From Lama glama (taxonomy: Eukaryota), in contig CM052828.1 in assembly GCA_028534125.1 (NCBI GenBank), positions 61,380,001 to 61,444,000 of the forward strand: a stretch of 64,000 nt of DNA, given 5' to 3'. The position numbers and the translations under genes were made by a program. This document shows positions 11,301 through 23,300 of this stretch, in pieces. How positions within the stretch are numbered: the first letter of the stretch is position 1; each line of letters starts with the position of its first letter. The notes beneath the pieces were generated by a model. That model did no database searches. It was not told the origin of the DNA and saw only the letters and a list, made by a program, of their open reading frames with translations.

Positions 11301-14300
11301 GGGGCAGGATGTGGCATCCCAGAACAACTGGGCAATAATCACGTGGGTGTGACGTGCAGGCACCGAGGGAAAAGGAAGCCCCGACCTAGACCCCAGAGAG
11401 GTGCGTCCAGCAGCCCCGGGCAGTGAGAGCCCTGGACTCAGCGGTCCTGAGACGCTGCGAGCTCACCAAACAGGGTGAAACAGTGTGAAAGGGTTAATGG
11501 TCAATTTCACGTTATTTGGATTTTAACTCAATTTTTAAACAAGCAGCTCTGCTTCTGGGGAACAACGTGACTACGGGGCAGCGAGACTGCGTGACTTGAG
11601 TCCGATACTCACGTTTTTCACTGCGTCAGCGTATTTCTGCTCATTGAAGAATTCATAAAATGCAGCCATGTAGGATTCCTTAAAACTGGCCTAAAATGAA
11701 ACAGGTCACTTAACGATGCATACAGGTCTCCTGGCCAAACGTGGAAACGCTGGAGGCACAGGTGAGGACCAGCCTCAGCTGCGGTGACTGAGCGGAAGAC
11801 GCCGGGTGGCCCTGGGGGGCGCTGCCCTGGGGGTGAGCCCCCTCAAGCTGCGTCTCAGCAGGCTACCTCCGCCGGGCCCTTGTGAGGTCTTGTGACGAGT
11901 GACTCAGCACCCGCCTCTGGGGTCACTTGTTCCCAGATGCAGGCACTGGGGTCTCTTCTGTGAGCCGGGGGTAGGGAGGGGCTTCCTAAAGTGGGGAGTC
12001 AGGGCACCAGCAGGAACCCGGGGAGGGGTCTCCAGCAGCCGCCCCCACGCTGCACCCATGTCCACTGTGTCCATATGAGGGCATTTCGCTCCCCTAGGTG
12101 TGAAAATGAGGTGGGTTCTGTGCTGATCTCAGCCCCGCCGGGAGCTTCCAGCCACCAAAAACTAGGACTGCCTGCCAGGGAGAGAGGCTGGAGCTCACGA
12201 GCCACCCTACCTCTTTATTTTACCCAGATTCACAGAAAGCTGAGCGTTTGCTCGAAGGGCTTGTCTACAGGGATCGGACCTGGCCCCTCATGGCCCTGCA
12301 CAGAGCAGGAGGAGGAGTTCTGGGCTGGGGGCTTCTGTGGTCTCGGCTCAGCCCTTTCCAGACGGAGCCCAGCGGGCCCCTCCATGCAGGAGCCAGGTGC
12401 AGGGTCCATCCCCGAGGACGTCCCCACCTGGCCCTTGCACCACTGCCTGTCATGAGGTGCCCTTGAGTGACAGGGCAGGGGAGATACAGATTTGTTATCG
12501 AAGGGGTAAAATGTGCTGGGGGCCCAGGGAGGGCAGGGGCTGCCCCTGGCTGCGTGTGGATGAGCCATCGGTCACCTCCACTGATGTTCAAGCCCCACTT
12601 GGGCCACCAAGGGCTGAGGAGGCAAGGTCTGGGAATCCACACCCGGCAGTGGAAGTATTAGCCACCTAGAGTGACATCACCACCTACAGGTGACACCATC
12701 ACATACAGTGACTCCACCTCCTACAGTGATACCACCACCTTCAGGTGATGTCACCACCTACAGATGACATCATCACATACAGTGACGTCACCTCCTACAG
12801 TGACACCAGCGCCTACAGTGACGTCACCACCCATGGTGACGCCATTGCCTGCAGCGACATCACCGCCTACAGTGACGTCATCACCTACAGGTGACATCAT
12901 CACTCACAGTGATGTCCCCACCACCTGCTGTCGTCCTTTTCCTCCCAAAGAGCGGTTTCACAGCCTCGGGTGGAAGGTGCTTGAGCAGGTGGGGCAGTTA
13001 CGCTCCTGGTCATGCAACTCCTCCCTGTCCCCCCCCACCATGTGCCGAAAAGAGAACTAAAGTCAGTGACTCACAGACTTGGACTTGGACAGGCTGCCGA
13101 GGGTCTGGATGGTCTTCGAGACGAGAGTCAGCGTCCTGGACGTCTGCGGGTCCTGCCAGGGACGGGGCCGGGGACAGGCTTACAGACAAGGTGTGACCCA
13201 AAGGGCTGACAAAACGAAGGCTATCCCCTAAAAGCTGCCCCAGCATGAGCGTCGTCCGCGAGTGAGCAGATGAACACGCAGACACTAGATCTGGAGGTGC
13301 CTCCAGACCGTCCCCTGAAGATGCAGCCCCAGGCCCCAGACCCCGCGTCTCCTCACACGCAGCAGTGTGACAAGAGCTGCTCAGGCCAGTGCAGGGCGGA
13401 TCCTGCCGGCCACCTCCCCTGTCGGCGCTCCCGTGTGACCGGCCTGGGGCCTCCCTGACCCTGAGTGCAGGTCGCGGACTTACTTCAAACCCACAAAAGC
13501 AGGAGTGGGCCCGTTCCCCTCGAATCCCTCAGCCTAGGCTTTCCGCTTGGCGCCTTCTGTGAAAGCTCGGAGCCCGGCTCAAGAAATATCTGCTGACTGA
13601 CTGGAGGGACGGCTGGATACCCAGGAGGTTGTAGATCCCCCATCCTCCCAGGGGCAGGATTAGTCACGTAACAGCCACAGTGACACCCCAGTCACCCCTT
13701 AATAGTTTTACCGACACATCGTAGATTAAAAAGTCTTGAAACCTGCTTGAGACTAAGGAGTCTAGGGCAGGCGGCACGTTCACAGCCCAGTCACTACGTG
13801 GTGCTGCCTCTGCCCTCACACGGCTCCACAGACCCTGCCCAAGCCACCTGCTGGGTCAGGAGGGCTGGATGGTCCAGGCCTGGCCGACCAGTTCCCATGG
13901 CCGGATGCTGACGTACCGTGTGGTGGGGCGTGAGCTGGAAGAGGTTGGGGGACAGGATGGCTGGAGCGAAGAATCTCAGGAAGATGAAGCTGCTGACGGC
14001 CGTGTACCTCACGTCCAGGTCGTCTGCGGCCAGCACAGGGAGAGGACAGCAGTGGGCCTTGGGCGGGGCGCCTGTGACCAGAGCCCCACTCCTCTGAGGG
14101 CCTCCCGGAGGCGAGGGCCAGCTTGCAGCCCCTGCCCCGCTCTGTCTCTGTCTCTGCTGCTAAAAGCTCAGCTCTGTCCAGCAGCTGGGCTGCAACAGAC
14201 AGGACCGCTCACCAGCCCTGGTGCTGCGATGCCGAGATGGCTGGGTGGGTGGTTTGCCACAGCTGAGCAGGAGGGTATGACTTGTTCATCTCCTCTCAAA

Positions 14301-17300
14301 GGGGTCTGGGGCTCAGGTGTGCTGGGTAACTGCCCTCCCAGTGCCGGACGGAGCCTCACTCCCTGAAAGCAGGGCTCCTGTCCGTGGAGGGCCCAGTACA
14401 GGCCCCATTGCTGGAGAGGACGCAGTGCCCAGCAGGCGTGGGGCCTTCTGTCTGGCCTGTGGGGATCGCCCTGGGGGCTGCAGCACCACACACTGCGCTG
14501 ACTCACGGCTCCCTGGGGAAGGGTGGGCAGGGTTGGGGCGGGGCCTCTTGGACCAGGCAGGGCACCAAATGGCACTGCCCTCTCCTCGGCCTGGGAAGCC
14601 TGGCCCAGGCCGTGCTGGCACGCCACGTGCAGGCCCTCAGGGAATCTGACGCCCGCCTCCGGGGCAGGACGCTGCTTTGCCCCCGCAGAGGTCTGTACAG
14701 GGTGGCTCCTGGCAGCCCCCTGAGGAACCAGCATAACGGAAAAGGAGACTCTCCTTTGGGTTCCCTCCCGGCCCAGTGACACAAAGGGCTCATCCTGTCT
14801 TTCTGGAAAATGCAGCAAAGCAGAGTCCAAGGACACTGGGTGCTGAGCTGAAAGGTGGCTTCTCTTGCTGCAAAGGCCCGAATGAAACACTGCGACACAG
14901 CGCGGCCCTAGCTCACACAGGGGTGAGCGCAGACGGGGGAGCCCTGGCAGCCCAGGGCACTTACCTTGGAAGCGCTTGGCGGCTGCCTCTCGCAGGGAGA
15001 AGAAAATGTCACACATGACAGTGGGGCAGCTCACCCCCGACTTGGTAATGACGTTGAAGATGCGGTCAACATACTGCCGCAGGTTCTCCTGTAATGGGGG
15101 GGCGGGGTGATGAGCGCTGCCTGCACCCGGCCCTCCCTCGGCTGACCCGCTGGCTGCTCAGAGCCCCCCACCACTGCGGAGAGGTAAGGGCAGAAGAAGG
15201 AGAGGGGACAAGGGAGGGGAGAGGGCAGGAGAGGAGAGAAGGCAGGAGAGGGGAGGAGGCAGGGGAGTGGGAGGGGTCAGGGGAGGGGAGAGGGAGGGGA
15301 GGGGATGGGAGGGGAAGGGAGGGGGAGGGTTGACTCCCGGTCACAGGGAAGGACCCGGGTGCTGGCCAGTCACAGTGACTCATGGAAACAACTAGAGATG
15401 AAGGGGCATGTTGCGTTTCCTCCGCCCTGCCACCCCATCAGCCTTCATGAAGAAACCACATGGAAAGATTAAACAAGGATTCTGCTCTTTTAAAAAGTGG
15501 GCCAGAGCTCTGGGAGCAGCAGGAGGCGGCCCAGGTGGGGACCCATGCTTGCTGAGGTGAGGAGCCGGCTCCACCCCACAGGGGAGCTCCCGGCTCTTTG
15601 GGGAGCACGAGGGTGCAGAGCGGGTTAGCAGCAAAGTGGAGGCAGATGAGGTGGCAGCTGGGCGGTGAGGCTGTCCCTGAACATCTGCCCTCACCCGCCC
15701 TCCTGCTGGGCCCCATCCCTCTGGCCTCACCATGTTGCTCTCCAGGCTTTCATGTTCCTTCAGCCGCACGGGGTCAATCTCACAGGACTTGTGACTCTGA
15801 CAAATCTGCAAAGAGCATTCACAACCCAGAGAGTGTGAGCCCACTACAGAGCGCCAGCGGGTGGACAGCCCCGCGGACATCGCAGTGGGTCCAGAACAGC
15901 CACCACGTGACGGACGCCACAAGGAGCACGTGGGGTCGTGGCCAGGACACTGAGGGGTGCGAGGCCTCGGGCCCTGGGGGAACAGCCTTTCCTAAGACTG
16001 TTCTGCATGAGATCAGGTTCACCAAGTTTAGTAATGTTCTCACTTTAAAGTTCTGCCCGGATTTGGCACAGAGGTCAAACCAGAACCATATCCTCAATGG
16101 TCTCTCATTGCTTTTGCGACACTTCTGGGGATGCGCTGCCTACACTGGCGTCCCCGGCGGGCGGTGTGAGAGAAGCTGTCCTCTGGAGGGGAGGCCAGTC
16201 ACTCCTCCCTGGTTGTCTGACCACCGGTGGGAGACAGCAGAGGCCATCTCCGCCCACCTGGCGAACTTGGGCGGGGGGTGTCCTCTGAAGGACGGGTTTT
16301 CTCTCCCATGTCCTTCTATCTTAGCAGAAACATGAGCTTTCTTAAGTGTTTGTCTGATTTGAGAAAACGTGGAAGGATCTGGGACTCACTGGCAGGTCCC
16401 CAGGGGCGGCCGGGGAGAAGCTGACGGGGAAGTAGGGTCTGCGGGCTCCGGGCCCTGTCCCGCCCCCTTGCCCTCACCTCCTCAATGGTGGGCTTAAGGG
16501 TGTCATGCAGGTACTGCATCCCTGCCAGCTTCATCGTCTCGTCGATGCACTTGGATGTCAGTGAGTTTCCTCGGAAAATGGTGTTGGGGTCCCTGCACAA
16601 CAGTCACCAGTAGCGAGGTGTCCCAGGCAGAGGCTGCCCTGACCGACGCCTCACGGCTGGGAGTCCTGAGCTGGGCTCGCCTGCCTGTGCAACGAACCCA
16701 TCCACCGCCAAAGGCCAACACACCCACGGCCACCACCAACGGGCACCTCCTCGTTCTGCGCTTTGAGGGCCCTTCTGCTCCTCTGGGTCTAGGTCAGCAC
16801 AGGAGGTCACAGGGCACCCTCCCCCAGGGCACACTCCACATCCTTCTGTTCTGACGGTCCCAGGGTGCCCCGCCCCAGCAGAACCCGCCTCCCTGGAATG
16901 GCCACAGGCCCTGGAGCCAAGGCGGCCCGGCCTCTGCCGTGGGCTTGAGGTGGGCTTAAGACTGATTCGCAGCTCCCACCTCAGGCACCGAGCCCCTCGG
17001 GGCAACGGGTGCTCCTCACCCCTTCCTGCCTTGAGGCCTGGGGTTTCCAGAGAAAAAGCACATCTTTGAAATGGGGAGTGGGGAGTGTATCTCTGGAGGA
17101 AACCTGTCCCCGGGAATCCTCCAGCGCCTGGCCCCCTGCCCTGCCCCTCACCGGACTCAGGCCTGACCCGGGGCCACACTCACTGGGTCCGCCGGACCTC
17201 GGCGCTGGCGATAGCGCAGATGAAAGGCACCACCCGGCCATAGTGCAGGAGGAGCCGCACCAGCGGGACTGCCGCCTCCTGCTTCTCCCTGCACACCTCG

Positions 17301-20300
17301 CCCAGGATGTGGGCTGCAGACGCCGAGACGGGCTGGGGAGACAGCGGGTTAAGGAGGGTGAAGGAGCCCAGACCCGCGCAGCCCACTAGCTCGGTGGTCC
17401 CTCCCATCACAGTGAATGTGCTCTTAGTTGAGGCAGAAAAACACATCTTTCATGAAAACCCCCATCAAAACCTCCAATCTACACACGTGCTCCGGGTGGG
17501 CCTGCTGGGCCTGTGCCTCCCCTGCGCCCCCACGTCCAGCACCAGGGCCGGCGAGCAGAGGACTCATGACCTTGGGGTCCCCGTCAAACTAAGGGTAAGT
17601 CGCCAGCCATGCTGGGCTACCCCCAGCTCTGGACGCAGTGGGTGTGAGGGCTCCCAGCCCAGCAAAGGGGGCGCAGCTGGCCCTGAGCACGGGGGCAGGG
17701 CCCTGGGGCGTGCCGCACACGCAGTACCTCCACGTCCGCAGACCTCAACAGCAGGTCCCGCAGCGGGCCGTAGTAGTCGGAGGAGAAGACATGGTCTTCT
17801 GTGTAGACCACGTTCAGCCGCAGAGACCCCAGGTCCCCCGGCTTCAGGCTCTTACTGCCATTGTCTCGGGGCTGAAGGAAGTACCTGGCACAGGACAAGG
17901 GGACGAGGCAGCGTGAGGCAGCCACACCCTCCAGGGGCTAGTTCCCTCCAGGGTCAGTCCACACCCTGCTCCATGTGGTCCTCCAGCCTCCGGTGGTGTA
18001 GATTCTGAGGAGAGGGGCTCTGGGAGATTCTGCAGGACACCCCCTGCAGGGTATGTGCACCTGGGGGGTCTCCCACCTGACACCCCCTGCAGGGTCTGTG
18101 CGCCTGGGGGGGGTCTCCCACCTGACACCCCCTGCCGGGTCTGTGCACCTGGGGGAGGTCTCCCACCTGACACCCCCTGCCGGGTCTGTGCACCTGGGGG
18201 GGTCTCCCACCTGACATCCCCCTGCCGGGTCTGTGCACCTGGGGGAGGTCTCTCACCTGACGCACCCTGCAGGGTCTGTGCACCTGGGGGGGGTCTCCCA
18301 CCTGACGCACCCTGCAGGGTCTGTGCGCCTGGGGGGGGGTCTCCCACCTGACATCCCCCTGCAGGGTCTGTGCACCTGGGGGGGGTCTCCCACCTGACAT
18401 CCCCCTGCAGGGTCTGTGCACCTGGGGGGGTCTCCCACCTGACGCACCCTGCAGGGTCTGTGCACCTGGGGGGGGTCTCCCACCTGACGCACCCTGCAGG
18501 GTCTGTGCAGGCGGCCTGCATGGGATGTTTGTTATCAGGCTGACCACAGAGCCTCAGACTCAGGTGGAGGTGGGAAAGTGGAACAGTGGCAGGGACAGGC
18601 AGCCTGAGAGGGGTGAGCCGTGAGCAGCTTAGGAGGACGCCGGGGTAATTTACTCGTGAAGGTGAACACCCAGCAGGTGCCTGTGACGAGCAGAGCCTGG
18701 ATGAAACGACTCTCACAAACGTGTGGTAGAGCTCCTGACGTCAGAGGGGACGGTGAGCTTGTGCTGCTGGCTGGGCAGAGCCCGGGCACGTAGTCACCTC
18801 GCTGTGCTCCTGACCAGACACCCTTTCTCTTCCGCTCACCTGGGAGGCCCTGCAGGCACCCTGTCTACTCTGAGCACACGGCCAGGTGGCCTGAGGTGCA
18901 ACGTGGGCAGAGTGTGTCTGGCTGAGGCACCGACCTCCTGGGACTCAGGTCACATCTCTGTCTTGAGGCCACGGCCATCAGCCCAGCAGGGCCTCCTGCG
19001 GTCCAGCCTTGCTGGGCCCCGGGCTTAACGTCTGCACAGAACTGAAACACCAGTTCCGGTTCCTGGTGGCGGGACACCCCTTGGGGCACAAGCAAACCAG
19101 TATCACAGAGAGAGCCTGCAGGTATGCAGGGCTCCGAAGTGTGCTGTGCCATGTGTGTGCCGTGTGTGTGCCGTGTGAGTGCCGTGAGGCATGTGTGTGA
19201 CGTGTGGCGTGTGACCCGCACCCCCTCCCACCTGAGTCTGTTAAAGGAGATGTGGGAAGTGAGGCCGTGGCGACCAAGGTGTCTGAGGCGCCTCGCACTG
19301 GCGTTTCCTCCCTGTGATGCCATGTGACCTATGAACTACTGTCACAGGAAGCCAAGGTGCCACAGGGACAAGAAGGGACACGGGGAGCAGAAACCTGGCC
19401 CCCAGGACGCATGGGGGTGGCCGAGACCCCAGTCGGGCATAAGTGGACATTCGTCTGAAACCGGCAGGCCTGCGCCCTGCACCAGGGCACCCCCAGAGAC
19501 GGAGGGTCCAGAGTGCAGTGGGAGGGGCGGGGGGCAGAGCAGGCGCGGCCCCCTCAGTGACCCGCCAGGGGACTCTGCCTGAGGCTCAGCCACCACCCTT
19601 CAGATGCTTGCTCAGCGTGGCCCCCCATCCTCTGAGCCCCGTGCGGACGGGAGTGGGAGGCCCCCCATGCCCTCACCAGGCCTCGTAGGGGCTACACTGC
19701 CGCAGCACTTTGAGTGGGATCCGCAGCTCTCCCAGAAACTCGTCCCCGAACTTCAAGTTGCTGGCGTTCCAGAGGTCCACCCTGGAAAACACCAGTCATA
19801 CGGGCCTCTTAGTGGGAGGCCGGAAGGGGCAGGGGGTCCCTGCACCCCTGCTCTCTCTGCAGAGAACCCAGAGCCTTTGGTCCCCCACTGGGGCACAGCC
19901 GGCGTATGAGGTCCCCCCGCCCTCGTGTCAGGCGGGGCAGGAGGGGCTGCAGGGTGCTGAGGCCATCAGTGTCCGTGTCCTGCACCCGGGAGGCCTGGTG
20001 GAGCAGGACCACGGCCCCGGGGGGCACGGTGCCCTCGGCCTGCAGGACTGGACGCAGGGTGAACAAGGACTGGCTCCTCTGGGCACGTGCAGAGAACGGT
20101 GCCGCCAGGGATGGGCCAGGCTGCCCACCTCACGGCCAGGACGCCCCACGTCCATCATAGGAGGACATGTGGTGTCCCTGACGCCTCTCCCTCCACCTGC
20201 ACTTGGTCCCTGCACCTGCCAACCTCGTGACCCGCCTGTGTGATCGCGGCTGGGAGGCTGACGGGGCGGTCACGTCTCGGTTGCCCCGTGTGGAGAGCCC

Positions 20301-23300
20301 ATGCCCTCCTGCTGAGTGTCCTGACCCTCACTCAGCCTTTTCCCTCGGACAGAATGCTCACTGCTCCCTTCAGTTTGGGGCCTGTATGTGCATGACAGAC
20401 GGGCGGCATTCCCGTGTTAACATTGCGCACACCCCACAGGCTGTAATTTAACCCCTGGTCACTCAGGACTGAAGACCTGAGACCAGCTCGACCACACTGG
20501 CGCGTCATGGGGGAATTCCAGGAGATGATACCACCCTTCTTCCCTGCCAGGCTGAGCGCAGCAGCAGTCTGGGCGAGGGGGACACAGGGGACGCATGTCC
20601 CACATCACAGCACCTTCCAAACAAAGAAAGCAGAGACTGACCCTCCAGGTGGCATTTCAGCGATGAGACAAACCAGCCACCAGGCTGCCTCGTTTCACAG
20701 ATATTCTCAGTTCACGTGCTCACAGACACACCTAGGACGTCCCTTGAATTCAGAGCCCAGTCCTTCAGAAACACTCCTTTCTCTGAGCAAAGGGCAGGGC
20801 TGGTGTCCAGGGAGCAGCTGGGGCACAGCCACGCTTAGAACAAGGCCTGAGGCCTGGACTTGCCTGGACACAGCACTTGGGGTCACTCTGCTTCTGGTTT
20901 ACATTTTGAAATGGAAGACTGAAACTGACTGGAAACACTCAGGACGCGGCTCAAACCGAGACGTGTGTACAAAGGCCCGTGGAGGTGGAGGGACCCGCAA
21001 AGGGGAGGGAAGAGCCTCGGCCGACCCTGCACCTGCTGGTCGCCCCCCGTGCCCAGAACCCCACTCCAGGGCCTGGTCACTGCTCAGAGCCAGGTTTTTG
21101 GGAGGAACCCAGAGTCCGCCCCCAACTGAATGCCCACGGTGCTTCCAGGGAACCTCAGGTGCCTCAGGAAAGCAATTTTCAACCACGTCAAGACTGGAGA
21201 GTCCCTCTGGTTCTTGGGGACGGGGCCGGTTAGGCTTCACTGTGGCCAGCCCCCCACTGTGACTCGGGTCTCCCACCCTAGTGGGGGCTACTACTCAGGG
21301 CTGCGTGGCCCTCAAGTGGATGCTGCGACCCTCGACCTCTAGGGTGACGTGTGCAGGCTGCACACCGACCTCCCTGCGAGGCTAGAGCGGCAGGACCCCG
21401 TGCCAGGCCAGGCCGCGCCCGCCTGAGGGGCAGGAAGCCTTGGCCTCCAAAGGTGCCGCGGAGCCGACCATAAAGCCTGGGCTGCCCGTCCAGCCGCCTC
21501 CCAGCGACCTGGGGAGTTCCCGGCTCTAACTTCCAGCACTCCAGTGTTAAAGTAACAGAGAAAGAGGAACCCCTCTCTCTGCACCCCCCCCCCATGTCAG
21601 GACAAAACAAAGGCAGGCGGGAGGTGCGATGGGCGGGGCGCAGCCGCCAGCAGGGACCCGCCCGCACACGCGCTCACCGGATCTCAAGCTTGTCCACGTC
21701 CTCCTCCTCGAAGTCGAAGTGGGACTTGCGGCTGTAGCTGCAGGGTCGGGTCACCTGGGGGCAGGGGGACAGCGCTGGGCCTGCCGCCCACTCACACCCA
21801 CACTCCGTCCTGCATGCACACCCTGCCTCTGGGGACCCACTCGGCTGGAGTCTTGTGGCCCAGCTGCAAAGGGACCGTCCAGGGACAGAGGCGGCTCTTC
21901 ACCTCAGCCTCGGGTCCTCCCTCCACACCCTCTCCAGGGCTACCAGACGGGGAGATTGCAGCCCCCGCACCTGAGAGACGTGGGGGCCAAGGACAGTGGG
22001 GAAAGGCCCAGGTCCTCTGCTGGCCCTAACGCACCCTTCATCTCATTTCCCAAAACTCCGCCTTCTGGCCCCAGCCTCACTACACCTAGACAGACCCCCG
22101 CAGCCTGGTGCTCCACACGCCCGCTGGGCCTGCAGACTCCCGGGGAAGCCCTGCCCGCGGCCCGCTGCCCGCCTGGGACAGGGCGCCTGGGACAAGCTCG
22201 GGGCCTCTGGGCCTTCTTCCTGCTGTCCTGCCCTGGGCGCGCCGTCCGACCTGTCCGGGGGACCCATATTCTGAGAGCTCCAGGGGTGTCTTGTCTGCCT
22301 GCAGCTGCTCTTTTGCATCAAGACCTCACTATTTCTGGGGAAACAAGCCCCCTCCCGGCTCAGGGAAGAGGCAGAAGACACAAAGCCCCAACCTAACAAA
22401 CGGTAAACCCCCAAAGGCTCGATAACTTGGAAAGTATTAATTTGTCAGCATTCAACTGAAAACTGGGTTCTGCTGGAAGCAACAAGTGGCCTTTCTTCCA
22501 GGGAAATCGGAGCTGCAGGCTGGAGGGGGTCTCCCGTGTGCCAGATGGAACTCTTGGAAGGGCGTGCTGGAGGCCTTCGGACCCAGATTCTGCCAGACTC
22601 TGCCAGACTCTGGGGGTGGGTTCAATCACACCGGCCCCCAAACACCAACCTCAAAGTAAAACACTTCGTCGAACTGGGGGTTGTTGGTCTTCTTTTTCAC
22701 TTTTGTCTTCTTTGCTTCCGACCTGCAGTCGTGGGAGGAAGGATTAGGGTGGAAACAGCATGGCTGACACTAAACCTGCCAGCCTGAGGTGAGCCACCAA
22801 GTGCGTGAGCAACGCATCTCCGAAGGTTCCTGTTTGTCTCTGAGCCCAGATGGTATGCAAACCAGGAACCTCTACTGAGCCAAAAATACTCGCTGTGAAG
22901 AACACAAGGTTTCTTTCTCAGGAAGCAACTTCGGGGCAACAAAGGACACAAAATCCTCCATGTCTGGGCTCCCCACGCCCCCACTGAACGACCCTCATCG
23001 CCTCCCATGCCCACGCCCTCCCCCGGCCACACTTGCCTGTACGGTCCTGCCAGTGTCACCGTGGCGTAGGGGTCACACTGCCCGTTCACGATGGGGAGGC
23101 CCTGGCACTCAAGGATCCTGAGGAGAGAGGTGGGAAGGGTCAGCAGGGGACAGGAGGCCCACAGCCACCTCCCAAGACTGCCCCAGGGTCCGAGCTGTCA
23201 GCTGTCTCAGCAGCTTCGAGCCAAGAGCCACGCGTGGGCAGAGCTGACCGTCCCTGCCCGGGACCGTCTGGGGGCAGGAGAAAGTGTGTGTGCATTCCCA

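Noticed and set aside
12764-13060. Mucin-like PTVTSP ORF
   Set aside because: Translation of the 18-bp tandem repeat, antisense to RASA3.
15090-15340. Distant branch point for exon 14 upstream of the long pyrimidine tract
   Set aside because: Several AG dinucleotides lie between the tract and the acceptor, so there is no AG exclusion zone.
17844-18716. Repetitive 290-aa and 197-aa ORFs and a superficially CRISPR-like array
   Set aside because: Head-to-tail minisatellite without unique spacers, in a mammalian intron; no cas genes.
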